DNA from: Amphiscolops sp. MND2022
Taxonomy: Eukaryota
Direction: 5' to 3'
Assembly (NCBI GenBank): GCA_964187785.1
Contig: OZ076409.1
Span: forward strand, 61,816,001 to 61,880,000
DNA: 64,000 nucleotides
Numbering within the stretch: the stretch's first letter is position 1; the number at the start of each line of letters is the position of its first letter. This document shows, in pieces, positions 12,418 to 24,915 of this stretch. A model generated the notes under the pieces. The model was not told where the DNA came from and searched no databases. It saw only the letters and a list, made by a program, of their open reading frames with translations. Both the position numbers and the translations under genes were made by a program.

Positions 12418-13175
12418 GTAATCTTGAAAAACAAGTCAAAATAATTACTAACGTTTTTAGATGTACCGGTGATCTATCCCTGTGAATGCATCATGAGTGA
12501 AAGACACACCTGGCTAACCTGTATTTCAATTGGTCTAAGCAGATATTATCAAAAATTCGAAGTTTCTCTCAATTTAGTTGACAAAGATATGCTAAATGAA
12601 CATTTTTGTACTGCAGATATGCTAAATGAACCTCGATTTTTGGTATCATTGGCTCAATAAGACAAAAAAGTTTGAAATCTCTGGAAAAAATTTCTGAAAA
12701 CCCAAGATTAGACCATAATGTTTCAGCAGCGCTGAACGTATTCTGTCTGCATTAAACTCCCAGTCACTTTGTTTTTATGAGAAACGGTTTAAAAGAAAAC
12801 AGAAAAGGGTTAAATGAAAACTCTGAAAGAAGAATTGTCATGCTGCCAAATTTCAGACTTGGATAATTTCGAGCAATTTGAACTTCAAGCAGTTTGGAAC
12901 AGAGATTAAGTAAGGTTGCTCAGAACTTCATCTAATTTGCACACATGTTTCTTTCGATATCTCTTAGACAATAACTCGAGAAGTTATCTATGCCTCAATT
13001 TGCTGCGAGTTTGAGGTTTTCATAAAGTTTCGACCGTTTCGATCATGGGACTTTTGAAAAAGTTGATAGTCAATTAGTTCGAGTAATTCTACTGAATCCA
13101 TTGATGTGTTTTTCACGAAAATCATCGCATAGGAAAAAGATTTCTCATTTTCTGTACTAAACCAATTGTTTTCAG

Positions 13176-13466
13176 ATCCTGCCCTACGTCAAACAAGTGT
13201 CGAAAGAAGACCTAGGTAGAATGTACCCTCACGTTGATTTAAACGGGATAGCATTTGGCAACCTGATCAGTACTTTCTCCTGCAGACCTGCTATCTACAT
13301 GAGATGGCTGGAGAAAGAGATTGAGAAACTGGGAGGAACTTTTAGTTATGGAAAACATATAGGCCATCTGTCAACACTGGCGGAGTATGACTTAGTTATA
13401 AATACGGCCGCTTTGGGAGCGACGGAAACTGCCAGAGATGAAAATATGATACCAATCAGGGGACAA
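13176..13466 (+). CDS. DAO: DAO gene 1 exon 4
   Basis: ttttcAG acceptor, GTAAGT donor, 291 nt, phase 0-0; contains YMRWLEKEIEKLGG, YDLVINTAALGA and IPIRGQ motifs. Confidence 0.93.
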
Positions 13467-14158
13467 GTAAGTCTAATCGGTTCTTTGTAATTTTTCCACA
13501 CTTCCAAAATAAAAATATCTGTATGACTCTTGTAGAAACATGAGACACGTTTGCTTCCGTAATCTTTTTGTTAATCGCAACTCAAAAGAATTAGGGCGAG
13601 ATTGAAAACCCACTTAGTTTTTTGTTGTGCTTGTGTTTCGCTCTTTCTATTGAAAATTAATTTTCCGATTTTCAGTATGGAAGAAAAAAGTTTTCCTTTA
13701 AATACCTGCCTGGAAAGTTTTGCCAACGTAGATTGGCTTTTCGAAAAGTTTTTGAAAGGCGATTTATACGCAGGCGGTTATTGAAAATCTATTGAAAAGA
13801 CTAAACAAGCCGGCGACAGCTCAAATCGGGGTCCCTGTTAAAGTCTTTCGAATGTGCTGTTGTTGTCTCGATGGAAAGCGAAGATAAATATGAAAGAATC
13901 TATTCCAAGCAACATAAATACCACAACTGAAGTATCGTAGAAACAGTCTGATTGAGTTACAGTTTGTTCACAAACAACTTTCCATGTTTAGTTATTTAGC
14001 TGTGACCTCTGAGGTTGATGATGTAAATTTCTCCCCCAAATAGATTCGGCAGTGTGGGTACGATAGCAGGCAGGGCGTAGTTGTCTTTTCCCACAGCTGT
14101 AGTGTGTCCTAATTGGTATACATGGTCTTGGTGTAACGTGTAAAATGGAAGTACTGTT

Positions 14159-14712
14159 CTTTAGTCGGCGCATTTTAGTAGAAAATGTGCCCGACTATTA
14201 CAGTGGGTAGTTTTTTTTTAGACACGAAAGGTCCACTTTTTTGTTCATTTGTTCAACAACCTCAAACCTCAACAACTTCAAACCTCAATAACTCCAACCT
14301 CAGAAGCGCGTCCAAAACGAAAAGAAAAAACAAGACAGACGTCCACAACCTCGAAAACACACTAAAGATCCCACCTTAGCCCCACTTTCTTTCGGCACTA
14401 TGCGACTTTTTTTGAAGTTTTTTGGATTGCACCAGAGGGTCCCCCTTCATTTGTTTCGATATTTTGCAACACAATGGATGTCAAAAAATCGCAAAGGGTC
14501 CCCCCTTTTACATTTTTCGGCACTGTGACACTGTTCAAAAATCTCAATTAAAAAAATTTTTTTGGGAAATTTTTTCATGTCTCCAAAGGGTCCCCCCTTC
14601 AATTTTTTTCAAGTTTTTTGCAACCAGCTGGAGTTTCACAAAGCCCGAAGGGTCCCCCTTTTAAATTTTGAGCCTTAGATATGGCGCCGACTTTGGCCGT
14701 TCTCGGCTTGTT
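14159..14712 (+). mobile_element. Helentron/DINE-1-like non-autonomous element (HINE)
   Basis: Subterminal inverted repeat AGTCGGCGC...GCGCCGACT, 3' stem-loop GCCG-ttct-CGGC followed by TTGTT, T-run insertion site, no TSD seen. Confidence 0.7.
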
Positions 14713-15434
14713 TTTCGTTTTCATAGCCGATAACAAATGGAATTCCCCCTAGTACTACAGTTTGTTTAGCGAAAGAATCTTTTAGATTGGCGGATAGTTG
14801 TTTCGGACTTTTCTTTACCACCTCTTGATTTCGGGGTTCATTTTCATCCGAAGTTTGGGTCGTCCTTCGTGCTGGCGTGGATTGGATTCCCACCAATTTT
14901 GTTGTAGCGTTCGATATCATTGTTAAATTCGGTCATTTAGTCGTTGCATAAAATTGATTTTCGTTGAGGGTGAATTCTCTTCCGGCCGTGTTGCCGAGTC
15001 GCTCCTGTTTTCGTGGATGGGGTTTGATAACCTAGGTGTTTCTTTTCTCCAGTTTAATTCATTTATGTTTATGGAGCATGTTGACAAGTCACAGTTAGGT
15101 TAAATTTTCCTACTAAGAGCACTAGGAGTACTAGACGGTCTTTTTTGATGAACGTCAATACCTGTTCAAACGAGGTTCGGCAATTTTCCATTTGCTCAAC
15201 TCGAAGTTGTCTGTGTTCGATACAACTTCGGATAAAACAGACCGAAAAGTTTTTGGAGTCCACCGAAAAAGAATTGAAGATATTTTATTTGGCTCTAGTT
15301 TTCCTTTCGAAGTGTTGTTCGAAAGGTGTTTTCTTTAATTCAGAGTGTACTGTGAAGCGGCGTTCGTATAACTCAGGTATAAACTATCTATCGGATTAAT
15401 AAATTGAGTCGCACCAATTTGGTTGTAATCTCAA

Positions 15435-15990
15435 TCAATTCTGTGCCAGTTTGTATTCAAACGATTTCACTTCGCAGTTATATGTCTTTGTGACCATACT
15501 CTTCCTTTTTTCACTCCTTTTTTCCTTGATCCGTTTCTGATACACAGGACGACGCTTCCTGAGGAATATACTCCCACCATTCGCTGGTTTCTTTTTGCCC
15601 GTTACCCATGATTTTCTACCATATCTTTCAGAAACGAACTTCACAATGACAGGAGGTTTCTTTTTTCCTCTCTCAAACATTTCCTTTAGGTGGCAAGCCT
15701 TGAAATTTGTAGGTTGAGAGTCGTATATAGAATAAATTTAGAGGAAGTTGCAAACCTAAATTCCTAAGTTCATTTTACAAACTCCCAGGGGCATATTATC
15801 GATAATTAAGCAGTCTTTAGACGAGTAAGTTTCCATTTCGTTGACCCGTTCTTCCAAGCTTTGAACTTGGTTATTCAAATAAGTAATATCGTTGTTTTCA
15901 ACTTTCAGGAAACTGGGTAAATTGTTCGATCAAAAGACGTTTTTGAGGTGTTTCGACCTTTGAAAGTTCCGTTTGTCTTGCTTCCATGAT
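15435..15990 (-). pseudogene. Decayed LINE (L2/CR1-type) ORF1-like coiled-coil/RRM remnant
   Basis: Minus strand fragments VQSLEERVNEMETYSSKDCLIIDNMPLG and KKPPVIVKFV, broken by stops and frameshifts. Confidence 0.5.
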
Positions 15991-16169
15991 ATAATGTTGC
16001 GGTATGTTGTATTTCACTGCAAAAGTTCAATGCTGATTTCACTGATATTACGTAGCCACTCAGCAACTGTAACAAGACAGTTTCAATTTAGAACCGCCAT
16101 CAAGTTTAGCGCGTTTTTAGTCCGCGCTTTTCCTTTAAGGGAATAATGCCCGACTATAGCAGTGACTGT

Positions 16170-16532
16170 TTTTAGTCGGCGCCTTTTCCCTTAAGGAAAA
16201 AAGCCCGACTCTTACAGTGAGTAGTTTTTTTTTTTCAGTTGACAATCTCACTCTGAGTGGTCCACTTTTCTTACAATTTTTGTTCATCTTTCGTATTTGT
16301 TCATCTTTCATCTTCGACCCAGCCGGAGAGCGTGGGTTCGAATCCCGCACTAAACCATAAATTTTTTAATGAGTTTTTCGGCATTGTGCGACCTAAAAAA
16401 TACTTTTTTTCGAAAAAAAATCAAAATTTTTTTTTGAAAAAAAATTTTTTTTCCAAATTTTTCCAATAGTTGTTGCTTGAATATTTTTGAGCCTAAGATA
16501 TGGCGCCGACTTGGGACGTTCCCGTCTTGTTA
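16170..16532 (+). mobile_element. HINE-like element nested in the T-run of another HINE
   Basis: Own 5' TTTAGTCGGCGC and 3' GCGCCGACTTGGGACGTTCCCGTCTTGTT ends. Confidence 0.72.
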
Positions 16533-17008
16533 TTTTTCTTCGGACTACAATCATCACACTGATCGGTCCACTTTTTGGAAACATTCCAGAAACCACCTAA
16601 GGCGCCCAGTCCGTCCAAGGGGCCAAGGCAAACTGAGTGTAAAGGGTCCCCCTTTCTTTTTTACTTTTTCAAGGTAACCAGCAAAACCGGACGGGACTTA
16701 AGAGTCCCCCAATTCAATTTTTTTTCGGCACTGTGACACTTTTTTTGAAACTTTTTTTGTCTCCAAAGGGTCCCTGGAGAATGAGAAGAATTTAGAGGAC
16801 AAACTATGAGACGCTATTTAATCTATATAATTAGTCTCAAGTACCTGTTAATCTATCTCCTTCTTACGATGATTTATTTTAAGAAGCAGTGTGCTTGAAA
16901 TAGATAGAAAATACAGTTTTGCTGAAACTAAATTCTTGTAGCTTTACATTACAACATGGCGCAGTCAGTATCAGTCTAACTGATAAAAGAACACAAAGTA
17001 GCTTACAT

Positions 17009-20000
17009 ATGGACGACTCCAACAAAACTTCCCCATTAACGGGAAGCCAGCATAATCGGACAACCGATCAGTCAACAAGCAGTCGATCACTACCCAATGA
17101 CCAGACATTGAGGACGGGTGACCGGACGTGCACCCAGAAGCTATCCATACCAAGCCTGGAGAAATATGACAGCTCCAGTGCAAATCTCTGATGGCGGAAA
17201 TTTGTACAATATATCAAAATGACCAAAGATATTGATCTGTCAACTATGACAAACTCCAAAGGAAGACTGCCACAACACCGAGAACAACTGGAGATGGGCA
17301 TAAAAGACACTTTCCTATGGGCAATCGGACAAAGTGCACTAACAGAGATGACTAAAACGGTGAGAGAACGCGAACCCAGCATCTTACCATTACACAAACT
17401 ATACACACTATTCCGTTTACATTTCACTCCGGAGAGGAACGTCCAAAACAGTCGAGCCGACTTCTTTCATCTAAAAAGAGAAATAAACGAAACGGCGGCA
17501 GACGTATGGAAGAGAACATTGGATGTTGAAAAGAACTGTGAATTTGAGACAATAACAGCAGCCGAACTTATCGCCTCAAAATTCCTTTCACTAATAGGGA
17601 AATCCACAGGGGACTACGAACTAAAAAAGAAAATCAGAAAAAGCGACATGTCCATAGAAGCCATTACAGACGCAATACATGAGTACATGTACGAAAAACT
17701 GAATGAATCCCCAGAAACAGAAGAAGAAAAGAAAATTCGACACGTAGACAAAAGAAAACTAACGAAAAATACAGAACAAACCGAACGTTACCCGAAGACG
17801 AGACGACTGGACTGCAATAAATGCGGTGCACTTAACTGGTCCAAACAACATGAATGTCTCGCTAGAGGGAAGAAATGTGCAAAATGCGGTAAATTGGGCC
17901 ATTATGCAAAATGTTGCAGATCAATGTGGAAGATAAACCACATCGCGGATGAAGAAGCAGAAAGCGCAGATGAAGACGATTGGATACCAGACAAGATCCA
18001 TTCGATACAACAAAAAATAAATTCAGTCGGAACAGCGAATAAGAACGGAAATCCGGTCTACACAAAAACAATATTGGTCAACAACCGACCAATAAAATTC
18101 ATCGTCGATACAGGCTCACCGGTAACACTAATACCGAAGCTAAAATTTAACAGAATAACGGAGATCAATCCGGTACTAGAAGACTACCGGGATGTAAACG
18201 ATAACAAAATAAAATTTGAAGGTAAAACTTTAGCAAACATAGAATTTGACGGCAAATCAAAACAACTGAAACTACTGATAACCACAAAACAAACACACCC
18301 GCTACTTGTTCTCAACTGGTTGAAGAAACTGGGACTAACGCTGAAAACGGAAACCACACCCCAGTCCATAAACAACATTATCAGACCGGGCCTAAGCAAC
18401 AACAAAACCGACACTGACATCGCAACACTCAAAAGTAAGTTCCACAATTTTTTTTACAGAAAACCATACGGTTAAAAACGTAGAAGTTGACATCCAGCTA
18501 AAAGAAGGATCAAACTGAATCAACAAAAAGGGAGACCTATACCTATTCACTTGCAACCCGCGGTAGAAAAAGAAATCGAAAAACTGAAGAAACAAGGCCA
18601 CATCAAAAAAGCAAAAAATATCGACGAAAACTGTTTTGTAAGCCCCGCCGTTATCACAATTAAAAAAGATAGATCGGTAAAAATAGCCCTGGACTCAAGA
18701 AAGTTAAACGAAATTACGATAAAAAGAAAGGCACAAATGCCTAACATGGAGGAATTAATCTCCCGAATTTCCAGGAAAATAGCGGACGGACCAGCTGACG
18801 AAATTTGGATCTCAAAATTCGATCTCGATTACGCGTACGGTCAACTAAAACTCTCAAGGAGAGCAATGGACCTATGCATATTCGTGGTAATCGGTGGCAA
18901 CTTCACCGGATATTACCGGTTCCTAAAAGGCTTTTACGGACTGGCAGACATCCCCACAGTTTTTCAAGAAAAAATTGACCAAACACTGGAAAATAAACAC
19001 CCAGCGTGGCTAGACGATATAATCATAGTAACAAAAAACTCAGAGCAAAAACACATGGAAGAACTAATCGATGTGCTAACAAAATTGGAAAACGCAGGAT
19101 ACCGCCTCAGCGAAAGTGAATCCGAGTTTTTTAAAACGGAAATAGAGTGGATCGGTCACAAAATCGACCAAAACGGTATCAGACCGTTGCAAGACAAACT
19201 GCTGGCGATAAAAGAACTAAAAGAACCAAAAAACGAAAAGGAATTAAAATCCTTTTTAGGGGCAATTCAGTATTTGTCCAAATATATCGAAAATCTTTCG
19301 GCTCAAACAGACATCTTGAGACAACTACTGAAAAAGGACAGTAACTGGAACTGGACCACGGAACACACAAAAGCCTTTGAAAATTTAAAACAAAAAATCA
19401 CGGAAATACCGTGTCTGGCACATTACAATTCTGACTATCCAAACATAATTACCACAGACGCAAGCACAAAGGGCCTTGGAACCACAAGAACAACCGGACG
19501 GAAAATTAAAACCGATCGGATTTGCCAGTCGCTTCCTTTCGGATACGGAAAAGAAATACGCAATCAATGAACTGGAACTATTGGCGGTGGTTTGGGGGTT
19601 AGAACACTTCCGCTTATATATATACGGAAAACCGATAAAATTACTCACGGACCACCAAGCACTTGAACCTTTAATTAAACGCAACCGTTCAAATAAAACG
19701 TACAGAGCCAGGCTAACAAGGTGGTTGGACCGATTAGCTCACTTCTCAATTAACGTAAGCCATATTGCCGGCAAACACTTAGCACTCACGGATTATCTCA
19801 GTAGAAATCCGACCGCTCCACCACAAGCGGATGACGCATACGACGAAGAATACGTAATCAATAACATCGCGCCGCATCTCAAATTTATGAACAAATTCGG
19901 TTGCCTTAGCAACCAAATCGATCAATCACAACGCGAGAAATTACGTAATAAACCGAAACAATCCAAAACGCGCGAGCAAACTGCCATTGCTTGCCTTAAT

Positions 20001-22900
20001 CAACCGACAAATAGCTGCGCATACTTTGCACTCGGCAACTCAAAATCAATTATGGACGCACATACCATTGATAACCTCGAACGAACCGATCCTTCCGCAG
20101 AAACTAGAAATCTCATCGCACGATGGAGAGATATAGTAAAACCGGGAGTGTACAGAATATCCGGTGGTCGTTTGAAAAAATATCACGAACCGAGATGCTT
20201 GCGAAACGAGAGAAAAATTATCGAAGAACAACTCCAAATTGCAATTAGAAACCTGCAAAACAAAAACCCAAACCAACCCGAAGGCTTTCAACCACAAGAA
20301 AGGAGAAACGAGCAATGGACGGTAGACCCTTTCTGGGAGACGGACCGCCCACAACGCCCGCAAACCTCGACATCAACGGATAACACTCCGCCCCCAGGAC
20401 AACAACAATGGACACCGATGGAAGAAGGCGAGATCGGATCGGGATCAGAACAAGACCCGTCAGTACTGGAGGTCCCGGCAATCAACTGGGCCAAATACGT
20501 GGGCGTGAAGAGTGTCCAAAACATAACAAGACGAAAACGTCTAAAGTCGGCGCCATATCTAAGGCTCAAAAAGCGTAAAACACTTTTTTTGGAAAAAAAT
20601 TGAAATTTTTGAAAAAAAAATTTCTTTCAAAAGAAGTCGCATAGTGCCGAAAAATGTAAAAGGGGGGGCCCTTCTGGATTTATTAAAAAACATTCCGTTT
20701 TGTTTTCGAAAAAAAAATTATCTAAAAAAAATTTCGAAAAAAAGTCGCACAGTTCCGAAAAAAATCCAAAGGGGGGACCCTTTGGGCACGTCCGGTTTTG
20801 TATGTTTCCTTGAAAAAGTGAAAAATGAAAGGGGGGACCCTTTGGAGTAAAGCTTGCCTTGGGCGGACTTGGCCTCAGGTGCTCTGCGCAGAATTGAGAA
20901 TTGTAAAAAGTGGACCGATCAGTGTGAGGATTGTAGTCTGAAGAAAAAAAGAAAAAAAAGGTCACTGCTATAGTCGGGCATTTTTCCTTAAAAGGAAAAG
21001 GCGCCGACTAAAAACGGGGCACGCACCAAGAGTGGACGCTATCGAACAGAACAACTGGGACCTGGGAAACGCCGTCAGGGAAACGGAAAAACAAGTTGCA
21101 ACCGATCTGCAATTGTTGATTACGGAAACCACCAACGACCCGAGCTTGCTTAAAACATTGGTGTAACTCGAACGGCAACAGCACGACAACATTCCCGAGG
21201 AATATTCCATATATAAGAAGAAATTGTCTTCAAGATATGGCTGGTCTTTTTTGAAGACAAAATTATCGTGCCGAAAAATCTGAGAACAACAATTATTAGC
21301 CCTTTACACAAAGGGCACCCAGCAATAAATAAAATGTCAATGGCGGCAAGACACTTCTGGTGGCCACGGATTACCGAAGCGATCCAGAAGAAATGTGACA
21401 ACTGCGTCCCCTGCAAAATGGCCGGTAAGAGTATTAAACCTAACATACCCAGTACCGAAAAAAAACAGCTACCACCGCTAAGTAAACCAAACGATGAAAT
21501 ACAATTGGATTTCATCGGTCCAATCACCGAAAAGAACCGTAGATTTTACATTTTACTTTCAATGGACCGGTTCAGCAAATTGCCTGCGGCCAGTTTTTGC
21601 AAATCAACGGAAAGCCAAACGGCGGTAAAATTTTTGGAGCAATATATAAATCTAAACGGCATACCGAAAACAATTAGAACGGATAAAGCAACCGCTTTCA
21701 CAAGCCGGTCGTTTAGAGAATTCTGTAAAAACCACCAGATAAAATTGATATACGGAACGCCGTACATACATACCTCAAACGGACTGGTGGAACGGGGCGT
21801 AAGAACACTGAAAGAAATTTTACTGACTGACAAAAAAGCAGGCGAAAATTTCGGAAGAGCACTGGATATGGCTCTAGACGTATTGCGCAAAACACCCCAT
21901 ACAAGACTAAACAAATCCGCATTTGAACTGCATTACGGTCGGGAACCAAACACGGAAATCAGCAATTTATTAAACACTGACACCTTGAAAAAACTAACAA
22001 AAACGTCTATTTCACCCAAACCGGACACCTTACAGGTGTACTCATTCAACGGAGCTGGCGGTGTCTCTGACCAGCTGCCGATGAAACAGAAGAAAGGAGC
22101 TAAAGGAGTGAGTAAATACCCCTTCCTCTTTCACGAAAAAAAATAACAAAACCAAAATTCGGTAGTGCTTATTCGGAAAAAACTCAGCTAGCTATATCGG
22201 GTACAAACCATATCGTAACAACGGCCGATAACAAAATTATACATAGAAAAAACATAAGTAAACCAGTTTCTGAAATTACACAGGAGCCGAACAACAGAGG
22301 AACTGGGCCACGTGGACCGGACGGCCGATTCACAAAGTCACCCCGAACCTTCAACATACACGATTCGGACAGCGAATCGGAAGACACGGAAACGGAATCA
22401 CCGGCAGTGGTTACCCCCAAGAAGAGCGGTGCATTTGGAAGAGTACGCCCCACGAAACTGGTAAGAAACCGGTTAAGCTCGGCTTCACCCGGGGGACCAT
22501 CACCGTCAGCCCAGTCACAAAACACGTTCGGACCGATGACCATAATCACGGAAAACATGACATCCGAAGCTGTCGACCGCGCTATTGAAGACGCTAGGGA
22601 AACAGAGACGGAAATTCATCTCAAAGATCCTAACGGTAAGGCCTCTCATAATGTAACAAAATCCCCAAAAAAGGGGAGGAAGAGGAAGACGAACTAGAGA
22701 ATTCTGAACTAGAACTGCTGAGCAACCTTAGCTCAAGTACTGAAATAGAACAAGAAACAAAAGAACATAGCTTACGCAGATCAAAACGCTTAACCAAAAC
22801 TAACCCAATAATTAGACTGAACAATCCAGTACCTTCTGATTACAGGAAATACCGTCAAAAGACTCAACCAAAAAGCGAACCCAACTACAGAGTAAGGGCA
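17009..22900 (+). pseudogene. Disrupted gag-pol (Gag CCHC, protease, RT, RNase H, integrase)
   Basis: CAKCGKLGHYAKCC, FIVDTGS, DLDYAYGQL, WLDD, TDAS, LTDHQAL, HKGHP..CDNCVPC, LDFIGP, RTDKAT, SNGLVER in PR-RT-RH-IN order; several stops, frameshifts and one insertion; 3' end approximate. Confidence 0.93.
20525..21013 (-). mobile_element. HINE-like element inserted in the Gypsy pol
   Basis: Both diagnostic ends present in reverse orientation; interrupts pol at an AA/TT site without a TSD. Confidence 0.8.
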
Positions 22901-24011
22901 TCCAAACAACAGGCTTGTCCGGAAGAACTTCACAACGACCGGACCATACCAAATGACGCGACCGGAGAAACCGTGGCAATACCAAGCTTGGGCCGGCCTA
23001 CCGCTCACAAACTAAATCCTTACCCCCAATTGGACAGCAACCATCCAACCATGGAGGGGGGAATGAAGAATGAGAAGAGTTTAGAGGACAAACTATGAGA
23101 CGCTATTTAATCTATATAATTAGTCTCAAGTACCTGTTAATCTATCTCATTCTTACGATGATTTATTTTAAGAAGCAGTACGCTTGAAATAGATAGAAAA
23201 TACAGTTTTGCTGAAACTAAATTCTTGTAGCTTTACATTACAGTCCCCCCGTTCATTTTTTACTTTATAAACGTAACCTACAAAACCGGCCGAGACTAAA
23301 GGGTCCCCCCTTTTGATATTTTTGGCACTGTGCGACTTTTTTTCGAAAATTTTTAACGTCCCCAAATGGTCCCCCCTTTTGTTATTTTGCAACAGAATGC
23401 AAATTTATAAATCAAAAAGGGTCCCTCCTTTTACATTTTTTGGCGCTGTGCGACATTTTCCGAAAGAAAAAATTTTTCGAAAATTTCAAATTTTTTTCCA
23501 AAAGAAAATGTTTTGCGCTTTTTGAGCCTTAGATATAGCGCCGACTTTAGACGTTTCCGTCTTGTTTTATCTGGGCGCTACGAAACTTGCACAAAATTTC
23601 AAAACTTGAGAAGCTTACAATTAGCTGGATCATTTCGGAATAAATTCCGAGAACATTCGGTTTTGACTTTGAAAAAGTCTGATCGATTGGATTTTTATCA
23701 TCAATGAGACCTGTTCTTCTGTTGTTATCCATGTCTAGAAAAACAAAATTGAACAAAGCTTTGCATAAGAAGATGCAACTAGGAGTGGGTGAAATAACAG
23801 TAGAGTGAAGTTGCACATCGAATTACAGTTTTGACTAAATTGTCATTTCATTATAAGGTCTTTAACTACAGTAAAAAATACAACATCGAGTCGTTATTCC
23901 TGAAATAGCGGAATAGCAGAGAAATTAGTAAACAAGCAACCCTATAACAATCCTACTGTTATAAAAGTCCATCCAATTCCATTAGATGATTGGTCACTCT
24001 TTATTCTGTAG

Positions 24012-24203
24012 ATAGTGTATGTGGACGCCCCGTGGGTGAACACGGCACTGTTTTTTGGACACCACACCTATATAATTCCTGGGGGAGATGGTTCTGTGAG
24101 TCTGGGTGGGTGCTGGCAGCAGGGCAACGACGATACTTCCATAGATCCAGACATGAAGAGGGGAATATTGGAAAGGTGTTGCAAACTCATTCCTTCACTT
24201 AAA
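24012..24203 (+). CDS. DAO: DAO gene 1 exon 5
   Basis: ttctgtAG acceptor, GTTAGT donor, 192 nt, phase 0-0; IVYVDAPWV..TYIIPG..LGG..ILERCCKLIPSLK. Confidence 0.93.
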
Positions 24204-24547
24204 GTTAGTTCTTTTTTAAAATAAACTGTCTGGTTCTGTCTGTTTAAAAAGAATTATTATGTATTTTAGAATCAATCGATATCAGATAAAAATGGAGACT
24301 GTTGTTTATGACATTGGAAAATCCCGCTATTTCATTTCTCCAATCTCTATAGTCATTTTCTATAGTTTATGGGGAAATCAAAATACCAGGCTAGAATTAA
24401 TATTTTAAAAAATCAATTGAAACCAAACTTGGGTATTTGAAAATTATGGTCGACGAAATTGGATTCGATGCTCAAATTCATGTGTAAATTGGAGCTCCTG
24501 TCCAACTGATTGAAATGGTAAATTCAAAAATTGATACACTGTTTAAG

Positions 24548-24751
24548 AATGCCAGATATATCCGGGACATGGTTGGACTTCGTCCCTACAGAACTGGAGG
24601 TCCTCGAGTTGAACTGGAACAACTGGCAGATTCCAAGCTGGTTATAATCCATAACTACGGACACGGATCTGGGGGGTATGGTTTACATTGGGGCACAAGT
24701 GGCAAGGTTGTTGAGCTCTTCAGAGAATGGATGTCGAAACATGCTGTTTGA
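24548..24751 (+). CDS. DAO: DAO gene 1 exon 6 (terminal)
   Basis: gtttaAG acceptor; VGLRPYR (substrate-binding Arg) and IHNYGHGSGGYGLHWGTS DAO signature; TGA stop. Spliced product about 352 aa if the N-terminus matches gene 2. Confidence 0.95.
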   Translation, partial: NARYIRDMVGLRPYRTGGPRVELEQLADSKLVIIHNYGHGSGGYGLHWGTSGKVVELFREWMSKHAV

Positions 24752-24909
24752 GGCAGAACTGATAACTTCGAAGGAGTTGATCAACATGAACACTAAACAT
24801 GGACAGCATATAAACAAGCCCTCAATAGTCTGACCATCTAGCTTATTGTGTGGAAGATCAAAAAAGTGTTTTTGAAATATCCGAAAAAAGTTCTTGAGAT
24901 TATTTATCC

Positions 24910-24915
24910 AATAAA
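24910..24915 (+). promoter_or_regulatory. Candidate polyadenylation signal of DAO gene 1
   Basis: First AATAAA, ~160 nt after the stop codon. Confidence 0.5.

Larger units (their letters stand above)
16775..23242 (+). mobile_element. Full-length defective Ty3/Gypsy LTR retrotransposon (Mag-like gag)
   Basis: 179-bp TG..CA LTRs (16775-16953, 23064-23242; 5 mismatches), 5-bp TSD GTCCC, PBS TGGCGCAGTC at 16957 (tRNA-Ser-like), PPT GGAGGGGGGAA at 23053-23063. Confidence 0.96.
16115..23566 (+). mobile_element. Outer HINE-like element split into 16115-16169, 16533-16774 and 23243-23566 by later insertions
   Basis: Rejoined pieces are collinear with the reverse complement of the intact copy at 20525-21013; 3' end GCGCCGACTTTAGACGTTTCCGTCTTGTT. 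Confidence 0.7.
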
